Source: Thermoanaerobaculia bacterium | GTDB lineage: Bacteria > Acidobacteriota > Thermoanaerobaculia > UBA5066 > Gp7-AA6 | Direction: 5' to 3' | NCBI GenBank assembly: GCA_036493875.1 | Contig: DASXPB010000028.1 | Coordinates: 64,409 to 128,408, forward strand | DNA length: 64,000 nt | In this document: positions 52,304-59,894 of the stretch, one piece after another | Layout of the letters: every line of letters begins with the position of its first letter | Numbering within the stretch: position 1 is the first letter of the stretch | Notes under the pieces: generated by a model | What the model was told of the DNA's origin: nothing | Database searches by the model: none | The model's input: only the letters and a program-made list of their open reading frames with translations | Program-made: the position numbers and the translations under genes

Positions 52304-53432
52304 CGGACTCGGACTCGGCAATCTCCTCGAAGAGCCGCTCGGGCGCGTACGGGGCGGGATCGATCGCGCTCGCGCGGCCGAGAAGCGCATCGGCCGCGAG
52401 CCGCGCGGTGCCGAGAGCGGTGGTGACGCCCAGCCCCTCGTGCCCGGCGGCGACGAAGAGCCCCGGAGTCCTCGGCCAGCGCCCGACCAGCGGGAGGTTG
52501 TCGGGCGTGGCGGGCCGGAACCCGACCCAGGTGCGGATCGCGGACAGCCCCGCCAGGGCCGGCATGAACGCGAGCCCCCGCCGGATCATCCGCGCGCGGA
52601 TCCGGCGATTGACGGCGGGGTCGAAGCCCGCGAACTCGCGCGAGGACCCGAGCAGCATCTGGCCGGTCGCGCGCGGCTGCAGGTTGAACGCGACCGACTC
52701 CGCGCGCTTGTCGGGACCGTGCGCGCTCGCGAGGTACCCGAGCTCCACGAGCTGATGGCGGCAGAATCCGGGATAGCGGTCCGTGATGACCAGGTGTCCC
52801 TTGCGCGGGAGGATCGCGAGCCCCGGAGTGAGGAGGGGCGCCGCCGCTCCGGCCGCGTTCACGACCGTGCCGGCCGCGATCTCCTCGCTGCGCGTCCGGA
52901 CGCCTCCCTTCCCGATCGCGACGACCTCGACGCGCTCGCGACGCTTCGCGCCGCGGCGCTCCGCGCGCTCCAGGAACCACCGGGCCGCCGCCGGCGGGTA
53001 CACCACGCGATCCCCGGGGACGCGCAGAGCGCCCGCGAGTCCCGGCCGCAGGTTCGGCTCCTCGCGCGCGAGATCCCGCTCGGACAGCTCCTCGGCCGCC
53101 ACGTCGCGCGCGCGATAGGCCTCCCCCTTCGCGCGAAGCGACGCGAGCTCCGAGGCGTCGGCGGCGATCCAGAGCGTCCCCGTGCGGCGGTCCTCGCAGG
53201 AGGAGGGCAGCTCGGACGCCAGGTCCTCCCACAGGCGGCGCGAGTATTCGGTCAGGACGAACTGCGCCGGGGAGTCGTCCATGACGACGACGTGTCCCAT
53301 CGCGGCCGCGGTCGCCCCGCCGCCGCAGAAACGGGACTCGAGGACGAGCACGGACAATCCCTCCGCCGACAGGGCGTCCGCGCAGGCCGCGCCGACGATG
53401 CCCGCGCCGACGACTACGACGTCGGGGACCAC
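52296..53432 (-). CDS. FAD-dependent oxidoreductase (DAO family; HcnC/LhpB-like beta subunit of D-hydroxyproline dehydrogenase)
   Basis: VVVVGAGIVGAACADALS...GGGATAAAMG...FRPATPDNLPLVG...AAGHEGLG. Start taken as GTG 53432 (19-nt overlap with the epimerase); approximate. Confidence 0.8.
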   Translation of the reverse strand: MVPDVVVVGAGIVGAACADALSAEGLSVLVLESRFCGGGATAAAMGHVVVMDDSPAQFVLTEYSRRLWEDLASELPSSCEDRRTGTLWIAADASELASLRAKGEAYRARDVAAEELSERDLAREEPNLRPGLAGALRVPGDRVVYPPAAARWFLERAERRGAKRRERVEVVAIGKGGVRTRSEEIAAGTVVNAAGAAAPLLTPGLAILPRKGHLVITDRYPGFCRHQLVELGYLASAHGPDKRAESVAFNLQPRATGQMLLGSSREFAGFDPAVNRRIRARMIRRGLAFMPALAGLSAIRTWVGFRPATPDNLPLVGRWPRTPGLFVAAGHEGLGVTTALGTARLAADALLGRASAIDPAPYAPERLFEEIAESESDA

Positions 53433-54379
53433 GTCAGGCCGTGGCGAAACGGGTCCCGCGGGTCGAAGTAGAGCGTGGCGCGCGCCGTCACGAACGCGCG
53501 GCCCTGGATCCGCGGAACGAGCTTGCCCTCGCGCTCCTCGAGCCAGCCCGTGAAGAGGCTCCCGGTGATGCCCTCCTGGCGCCACCTCTGGCCGGGGGCG
53601 AGGCTCCCGCGCGCATAGAGCGAGGCCATCGTCGCCGACGTGCCGGTGCCGCACGGGGAGCGGTCGTACGCGCCGCCGGGGCACATCACGTAGTTCTTGC
53701 CGTCGGCGTCGGTCCGCGCCGGCGGGCCGAGGAGGATGACGTGGTCGACCGCCTCGCCCCCGTCGCCGCGGATCCCCCGGTCCGCGAGGGCCTTCTGGAT
53801 CGCGAGCGTCGCGCTGCGATACTCCTCCCGCCGGGAAGAGTCGATCGGCTGCGACTCTCCGAGGCGAGTCAGGAAGAACCAGTTGCCGCCGTACGCGACG
53901 TCGCCGACCATGCGGCCCCGGCCGGGGACCTCGACCGCGACGTCGCGAGCGAGGCAGCGCGCCGGGACGTTCTCGATCGTCACCATCCCGTCGACGGCGA
54001 GCTCCGCGCCCACGGTCCCCACGGGCGTGTCGAGGCGCACGGACCCCGGGCCGATGCGGCCCAGGTGCTCGAGCGTGCGCACCACGCCGATCGTGCCGTG
54101 CCCGCACATCCACAGCGGCCCCACGTTGTCGAAGAAGACGACGCCCGCGACGGACCCCGCGGCGACCGGCGGCGTCAGCAGCGCGCCCACGAGCGCGTCG
54201 TGGCCACGGGGCTCGAGCACGACGGCCCGCCAGATCGCGGCGTCGCGGCCGGCGAGCTGGTCCCGGCGTCCTCGCATCTCGGGGGCGGTCAGGTCGGGCC
54301 AGCCGGAGACGACGACCCGCGTCGGCTCTCCTTCGGTGTGCGAATCGATCACCTCGATCGACTCGGGCCACACGCTCAC
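53414..54379 (-). CDS. 4-hydroxyproline 2-epimerase (proline racemase family, Cys/Cys type)
   Basis: IDSHTEGEPTRVV...MCGHGTIG...DRSPCGTGTSA. Both catalytic positions are Cys. The GTG start 54379 overlaps the upstream stop (GTGA). Confidence 0.85.
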   Translation of the reverse strand: MSVWPESIEVIDSHTEGEPTRVVVSGWPDLTAPEMRGRRDQLAGRDAAIWRAVVLEPRGHDALVGALLTPPVAAGSVAGVVFFDNVGPLWMCGHGTIGVVRTLEHLGRIGPGSVRLDTPVGTVGAELAVDGMVTIENVPARCLARDVAVEVPGRGRMVGDVAYGGNWFFLTRLGESQPIDSSRREEYRSATLAIQKALADRGIRGDGGEAVDHVILLGPPARTDADGKNYVMCPGGAYDRSPCGTGTSATMASLYARGSLAPGQRWRQEGITGSLFTGWLEEREGKLVPRIQGRAFVTARATLYFDPRDPFRHGLTWSPTS

Positions 54380-55935
54380 AGCGGATCTCGGGTCGGCGCG
54401 CCGTCCACGAGCCGCCAGATCCCCCGCGGGTTGGAATCCTGGAGCTCCGCGGGGAGGGCGGACTGGGGGAAGTCCTGGTAGCAGACCGGCCGCGCGAAGC
54501 GGTGGATCGCGGCCGTGCCGACGGAGGTCGCGCGGGAATCCGTCGTCGCGGGATAGGGGCCGCCGTGATGCATCGCGTGACACACCTCGACCCCCGTCGG
54601 GAACCCGTTGAAGACCAGCCTTCCCGCCTTTCGGCGCAGGACCGCGATGAGCTCGCCGTAGTCCTCGAGGTCCCGCCCCCCGGCATGGATCGTCGCGGTG
54701 AGCTGGCCCCTCAGGGAGCGCGCGAGCTGGAGCATCTCGGGCCGCGAGCCGCAGCGGACCGCGAGCGTCGCGGGCCCGTAGATCTCGCCGGCCAGGCGGG
54801 GATTGTCGCGGTAGGTCGCGACGTCCGTGACCATGAGCGCGGGATGCGCCTGCGTCTCCGCGAAGCCGCCCGGCGCCTCCGAGCGCGCGGCGATCGCCAC
54901 CCCCGCTATGCGCGCGAACTGCGCGATCTCCTCGTCGTAGGCAGACTTGATGCCCGCGTGGACCATCGTGCCCGCCGGGGATCCGCCGAGCAGCTCGCCG
55001 ACGGACTGGAGGAAGGCGCTCGACGACGGCGAGTCGACCAGCGCGGCGAGACCCGGATTCGTGCAGAACTGGCCGGACCCCAGCGTCACGGACGCCGCGA
55101 GCCCCTTCGCGATGGCGTCCCCGCGCGCCTCGAGCGCGCCCGGCAGGAGGAAGATCGGGTTCGACGATCCCATCTCGGCGTACACCGGGATCGGCTCGGG
55201 CCGCATCGCCGCGGCGTCGAAGAGCGTCCGTCCGGCGCGCAGCGATCCCGTGAAGCCGGCCGCGCGGATCAGCGGGTGGGTCACGAGCGTGATGCCGACC
55301 TCAGGCGCGGCGCCGTGCACCATCGAGAAGACGCCCTCGGGCATGCGCGTCTCCCGCGCCGCCGTGCGAATGGCGAGCGCCGCGAGCTCGGAGGTCCCGG
55401 GATGCGCGGGGTGCGCCTTGACTACGACCGGGCAGCCCGCGGCCATCGCCGAGACGGTGTCCCCTCCGGCCACCGAGAACGCGAGTGGGAAGTTGGACGC
55501 GCCGAAGACCGCCACCGGCCCCATCGCGACGAGCAGCCGCCGCAGGTCCGGACGCGGCAGCGGCTTGCGGTCGGGCAGCGCGCGGTCGATGCGCGCGTCG
55601 ACCCAGGAGCCTTGCTCGAGCAGGCCCGCGAAGAGCAGGACCTGGCTGACCGTGCGGGCGCGCTCGCTCTCGAGCCGCGCCGGCGGCAGCCCCGTCTCCG
55701 CTTCCGCGCGTTCCAGCAGCCGGTCGCCGAGCGACAGGATCTGCTGCGCGACGGCGCGGAGGAACTCGGCCCGGCGGATCGGATGCAGGGACGCGAATGG
55801 CTCGAAGGCGCGGTCCGCGGCGCGCGCCGCCGCATCGATCTCGCCGATCGAGGCCTCGTGGTACTCGCCGTCGAGGACCTCCCCGGTCGCGGGGTTCCGC
55901 GCACGGAAGCCGGCTCGGGGACGCGGATCGCTCAC
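54376..55935 (-). CDS. NAD(P)+ aldehyde dehydrogenase; by context alpha-ketoglutarate semialdehyde dehydrogenase
   Basis: VAVFGASNFPLAFS...VVVKAHPAHPGTS...FTGS...EMGSSNP...GQFCTNPG. The GTG start 55935 overlaps the upstream stop (GTGA). Confidence 0.85.
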   Translation of the reverse strand: MSDPRPRAGFRARNPATGEVLDGEYHEASIGEIDAAARAADRAFEPFASLHPIRRAEFLRAVAQQILSLGDRLLERAEAETGLPPARLESERARTVSQVLLFAGLLEQGSWVDARIDRALPDRKPLPRPDLRRLLVAMGPVAVFGASNFPLAFSVAGGDTVSAMAAGCPVVVKAHPAHPGTSELAALAIRTAARETRMPEGVFSMVHGAAPEVGITLVTHPLIRAAGFTGSLRAGRTLFDAAAMRPEPIPVYAEMGSSNPIFLLPGALEARGDAIAKGLAASVTLGSGQFCTNPGLAALVDSPSSSAFLQSVGELLGGSPAGTMVHAGIKSAYDEEIAQFARIAGVAIAARSEAPGGFAETQAHPALMVTDVATYRDNPRLAGEIYGPATLAVRCGSRPEMLQLARSLRGQLTATIHAGGRDLEDYGELIAVLRRKAGRLVFNGFPTGVEVCHAMHHGGPYPATTDSRATSVGTAAIHRFARPVCYQDFPQSALPAELQDSNPRGIWRLVDGAPTRDPL

Positions 55936-57698
55936 GGGGCCTTCGACCTCGCGATCCACGCGCGCACCTGCTCCTCCAGGACCGACAGCGGCACCGCGCC
56001 GTTTTCCAGGACCGTGTCGTGGAACGCGCGTACGTCGAAACGATCTCCGAGCGCTTCCTCCGCCTCGCGACGCAGCGCGCGAATCTTCAGCTCGCCCATC
56101 TTGTAGCAGAGGGCCTGCGCGGGCCACGAGATGTAGCGGTCGGTCTCCGTCTGGACCTCGTGGAGAGAGAGGGCGGTGTTGTTCTCGAGATATTCCATCG
56201 CCTCCTGCCGCGTCCAGCCCTTGGCGTGCATCCCGGTATCGACGACGAGGCGGCACGCGCGCCACATCTCGTAGGTCAGGCGGCCGAAGTCGCCGTAGGG
56301 GTCCTTGTAGAAGCCGGCCTCCAGCCCCAGCCGCTCGGCATAGAGCGCCCAGCCCTCGACGAAAGCCCCCTCGGAGGCGAAGCGCCGGAACTCCGGAAGG
56401 CCGGTCAGCTCCTGCTGGAGCGCGATCTGGAGATGGTGTCCGGGGACCGCCTCGTGCAGCGTGAGCGACTCGAGCGTATAGAGCGGCCGCGTGTCGAGCG
56501 CGTACGTGTTGACCCAGTAGGTCCCCGCGCGCGTGCCGCCGATCGGCGCCTCCACGTAGCGTCCGCCGGTGTACTTGGGCGCGAGGTGGGCGGGGACGGG
56601 CTCGACGCCGTAGGGAAGGCGCGGCAGCCTCCCGAACAGGGACGGCAGCTTCCCATCCATCGTCTTCGCGATGTACGCAGCCTGCTTCAGCAGCTCCTCG
56701 GGAGTCTTCGCGTAGAAGCGCGGGTCGGTCCGCAGCGTGTTGAGGAAGGCGGCGAAGTTGCCCTCGAAGCCGGTCTTGCGGATGACCCCTTCCATCTCGA
56801 TGCGGATCCGCGCGACCTCCCGGCGGCCGATGTCGTAGACCTCGTCGGGCGTCACGTCGAGGGTCGTGAAGGACTTCACGAGGTGCGCGTAATACTCGCG
56901 TCCCTTCGGCAGGCTCGAGGCGGCGACCGAGGAGCGCGCGCCGGGGACGTATTCGTTCCGCAGGAAGTCGGCGAGCGCGCGGTATCCCGCCACGACGCCT
57001 TCCCGGATCGCCGCGCGGCCCGCGTCGGTCAGCCGGGCTCGCTCGGAGTCCGGAACGCCGACCGGGAAGCGGCGGAAGGGTGCGAAGAAGACGCTCTTCT
57101 CGGGCGAGTCCACGACGTGCGTGGTCATCGTCACGTCGATGCCCTGGAGGACGACCCGCGGCAGCGTGAATCCCGCCTTCAGGCCCTCGCGCATCGCGCC
57201 GATCTCCTCGTCGACCCATCGCGGGAAGGCGCGCATGCGGGCGATGTAGTTCTCGTAGTCGCGCACCGTCCGGAACGGCGCGCGGTCCGGGAGGTCCGCG
57301 AAGTCCGTGTGGAAGCCGCTGTCCGCGTTGAGCGGAATTCGCCACGCGCCGAACTCGACGTCCGCGACGGAGTCGGACAGCTGGCGGACGAGCATGTCGT
57401 AGCTGACGCGGTCCGCCGTCGCCAGGCCGGTACGGTCGATCGCGGCGAGCCGCCGGAGCATGGTGCGGGCGAACTCTGCCCGCCGGTTCCAGTCCGCGCG
57501 CGTCGCGGACGGGAGACGGTCGTCGTAGCGGTGCTCGCCCGCCGACGTCGCGAACAGCGGATCCTCGCCGAGCCGGAAGGCCCACGCCTCGTCGAAGAGC
57601 GCCTGCAGGGTCGCGTCGGGGGCGACCGGGACGACCCTCATGCCCACCCCGGCCAGCAGAATCGCGGCGAGTGCCAATACGCGCACGTCGGCGGGCAT
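55932..57698 (-). CDS. secreted DUF885 family protein (metallopeptidase-like HExxPGHH motif)
   Basis: Signal peptide MPADVRVLALAAILLAGVG. DUF885 blocks include LTLHEAVPGHHLQ and YISWPAQALCYKMG. ORF 55932..57833 trimmed to the ATG at 57698. Confidence 0.8.
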   Translation of the reverse strand: MPADVRVLALAAILLAGVGMRVVPVAPDATLQALFDEAWAFRLGEDPLFATSAGEHRYDDRLPSATRADWNRRAEFARTMLRRLAAIDRTGLATADRVSYDMLVRQLSDSVADVEFGAWRIPLNADSGFHTDFADLPDRAPFRTVRDYENYIARMRAFPRWVDEEIGAMREGLKAGFTLPRVVLQGIDVTMTTHVVDSPEKSVFFAPFRRFPVGVPDSERARLTDAGRAAIREGVVAGYRALADFLRNEYVPGARSSVAASSLPKGREYYAHLVKSFTTLDVTPDEVYDIGRREVARIRIEMEGVIRKTGFEGNFAAFLNTLRTDPRFYAKTPEELLKQAAYIAKTMDGKLPSLFGRLPRLPYGVEPVPAHLAPKYTGGRYVEAPIGGTRAGTYWVNTYALDTRPLYTLESLTLHEAVPGHHLQIALQQELTGLPEFRRFASEGAFVEGWALYAERLGLEAGFYKDPYGDFGRLTYEMWRACRLVVDTGMHAKGWTRQEAMEYLENNTALSLHEVQTETDRYISWPAQALCYKMGELKIRALRREAEEALGDRFDVRAFHDTVLENGAVPLSVLEEQVRAWIARSKAP

Positions 57699-57720
57699 CG
57701 TAGCAGGGTTGGGCGGCGCG

Positions 57721-57790
57721 TAACGCCGCCCGAGAAATCGCCACGCGGAACGCCGCCCGTGAGATCGCCGCGCGGAACGCCGCCTGCGCA
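57721..57790. repeat. 27-nt tandem repeat, about 2.4 copies, in the intergenic region upstream of the DUF885 gene
   Basis: Unit 57721-57747 (taacgccgcccgagaaatcgccacgcg) and unit 57748-57774 (gaacgccgcccgtgagatcgccgcgcg) match at 23/27. A third partial unit begins gaacgccgcc. Overlaps hairpin 57712-57730. Confidence 0.65.
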
Positions 57791-57836
57791 TCCGAGTCGC
57801 CGGAAGTTTTCGTTCCGCCGCCGCAAGCCTCACGAG

Positions 57837-59162
57837 CTAGAGCGCGTCGAGCTTCCTCCGCAGCGAGACGACCTGCTCCTCGGAGCGCTGCCCCTCCGGA
57901 AGTCCGTCCGCGAAGGTGACGGCCTCCTCGAGGGTCTTGCGGGCTCCGGAACGATCGCCCTTGCCGAGCTGGATGTCGACGATCGTCGACAGGACTCGGA
58001 TCCGGCGCGGACCGTAGACGCGCTCGAGCGCGCGATCGGCCGCGGCCTTCGCGTCGTCGTAGCGCTGGAGCTTCAGGTAGACCACCGCCAGCCGCGCGGG
58101 CGGGTTGTAGTCCTTCGGGAAGTCCTTCTCCGACTGCTCGAGCATCGGGATGGCGTCCTCGATCCGCTTCGCCGCCTCGAACGCGCCCAGGCGGTTCGGA
58201 TCGAGGGCCGTCCGCTGCTCCGGCGACTGCGCCCGCGAGGCCGCCGCGTCGAGGTCCGCCACCCAGGCGTCGGCGACGCGCTGGGCGCCCTCGGCGTCCT
58301 TCGCGTCGTCGCGCTCGTCGAAGAGGGAGGAGTAGAGGGCCGAACGGTCGTCCTCGGCGAGCTTCAGGGAAGGGTCGGCGAGCGCAGCCCGCACGTCCTT
58401 CGCGAACGCGGCGACGGACTCGGCGCGGGAGGGATCGCTCGGCGGCAGCGCGAGCGAGCAGTCGAGCCCCGAGCCCGCCAGGCTCGTGCCGGATTGCGTG
58501 CCCTTCAGCGACGCGATGCGGGATCGCGCGAGCGCGGCGCACGCGGAGTGGTCGCGCGTCGTCTGGTAGCAGAAGAGGAGCGACTCGACGACGCGCGGGT
58601 ACTGCGGATCCTTGGGCGGGAGCGTCTCGAGCGTCTTCTTGTACGCCTCCCCCGCCTCCGCGTAGTGCCCGTCCCCGTACAGCGCATCGGCCTTCGCGAG
58701 GAGCGTCGCGGAGCCCGTCCCGGAGCCCTTGACCGCCTTCGTCCCGTCCGCGAAGAGCTTCTCGAGCTGCGAGACCGTCGCGCCGCCGACCCAGCGCAGG
58801 GCGATCTTCTCCCGCACAGGGTCGATGACGTACAACGACGGCCAGGCCCGAATCGGGTACTTCTTACTGAAGGCCGCGTTCTTCGCGTTTTCCGTGTCGA
58901 TCGAGAGCCAGACGAACTGTCCGGCGTGCTTCGCGAGGGCCTTGTCGGTGAAGACGAAGGCTCTCATCGAGCGGCACGTGTGTCACCAGGGCGCCCAGGC
59001 CTCGACGAAGATCGGCAGCTTTTTCTGCTTCGCGAGCGAGAGCGCCTTCTCGTAGTCGTCGTCGATGAACGGGAGCACCGGGGCCGGGGCGGGGGCATTG
59101 GCTGCCAGCGCCGCCGACGCGACGAAGAGCATCCAGGGAAGCGAGCGGAGACGCGTGATCAT
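57837..59162 (-). CDS. secreted thioredoxin-fold plus TPR-like protein with in-frame TGA at the first position of WCxxC: candidate selenoprotein (U60-H-T-C); alternatively a TGC-to-TGA pseudogene
   Basis: ORFs 58983..59192 and 57837..58967 are in one frame. Read through: MITRLRSLPWMLFVASAALA...DDDYEKALSLAKQKKLPIFVEAWAPW[TGA]HTCRSMRAFVFTD...FVWLSIDTEN.... RBS GGAGAGGAAG lies before ATG 59162. GC3 bias holds on both sides of the TGA. Confidence 0.6.
58935..58965 (-). promoter_or_regulatory. stem-loop 17 nt downstream of the TGA (possible SECIS-like element; loop non-canonical)
   Basis: GAG-A-GCCUU-C-GUC UUCACC GAC-AAGGC-C-CUC. 11 bp with one mismatch and one bulge. Confidence 0.3.
58983..58985 (-). 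other. in-frame TGA (putative Sec codon) at the nucleophilic Cys position of the thioredoxin motif
   Basis: Minus strand: gcc tgg gcg ccc tgg TGA cac acg tgc cgc tcg atg. Confidence 0.55.
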
Positions 59163-59214
59163 GGCTTCCTCTCCCCTTCCAAGATACCGCATTGGCCGCG
59201 GGCAGGACCGCGGC

Positions 59215-59220
59215 TAGAAT
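59215..59220 (+). promoter_or_regulatory. TAGAAT -10-like hexamer upstream of the DUF1579 gene (leadered; RBS GAGGAGG at 59232-59238)
   Basis: cggcTAGAATcccccattcgaGAGGAGGatctttcgatcATG. Confidence 0.3.
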
Positions 59221-59249
59221 CCCCCATTCGAGAGGAGGATCTTTCGATC

Positions 59250-59873
59250 ATGAGATACGTCCTGCGTTCGCTCGTTGTTTTGACCGGCGCCCTCGTCTTC
59301 GCGGCCGGCCTCCAGGCCCAGGAGAAGGCCAAGAAGCCGGCGGCCAAGACCGCTCCCCCGGATGAGAAGGCCATGATGGAGGCCGTGCAGAAGGCGGCCA
59401 CGCCTGGCGACATGCACAAGAAGCTCGCCGACATGGTCGGGACGTTCGACGCCGATGTCCGCATGTTCATGGACCCGTCCAAGCCTCCCGAGGACTCGAA
59501 GGGCACGTCCGTCAACACGTGGGCCCTCGGCAACCGCTTCGTGGAGAGCAAGTACGACGGCACCTTCATGGGGAACCCGTTCAACGGCATCGGCTACACG
59601 GGCTACGACAACACCCAGAAGAAGTACGTGGGCAGCTGGATGGACACAGCCTCGACGGGAATGATGTGGTCCACGTGCACGCTCGACGCCTCCGGCAAGT
59701 CGATGACGTGCAAGTCGACCTCGGTTTGGGACCCGATGAGCAGGAAGCCGAGCCCGATGGAGTTCAAGACCACCTTCACCGACCACGACCACTACTCCAT
59801 GGAGATGTGGGGCGCGATGCCGGACGGGAAGAAGATGAAGATGATGGAGATCAGCTACACGCGGAAGAGCTGA
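59250..59873 (+). CDS. secreted DUF1579 family protein
   Basis: Only the last 207 aa of the 1358-aa ORF 55797..59873 look real: signal peptide MRYVLRSLVVLTGALVFAAGLQA...HKKLADMVGTFD...GNRFVESKYDGTFMGNPFNGIGYTGYDNTQKKYVGSWMD. Confidence 0.8.
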   Translation: MRYVLRSLVVLTGALVFAAGLQAQEKAKKPAAKTAPPDEKAMMEAVQKAATPGDMHKKLADMVGTFDADVRMFMDPSKPPEDSKGTSVNTWALGNRFVESKYDGTFMGNPFNGIGYTGYDNTQKKYVGSWMDTASTGMMWSTCTLDASGKSMTCKSTSVWDPMSRKPSPMEFKTTFTDHDHYSMEMWGAMPDGKKMKMMEISYTRKS

Positions 59874-59894
59874 GCGGAACCCGCAAGCCGGGAT

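Noticed and set aside
55797-59249. First ~1150 aa of the 1358-aa plus-strand ORF 55797..59873
   Set aside because: This part is antisense to the aldehyde dehydrogenase, DUF885 and Trx-like genes. Only the last 207 aa (from ATG 59250, with RBS and signal peptide) form a recognisable DUF1579 protein.
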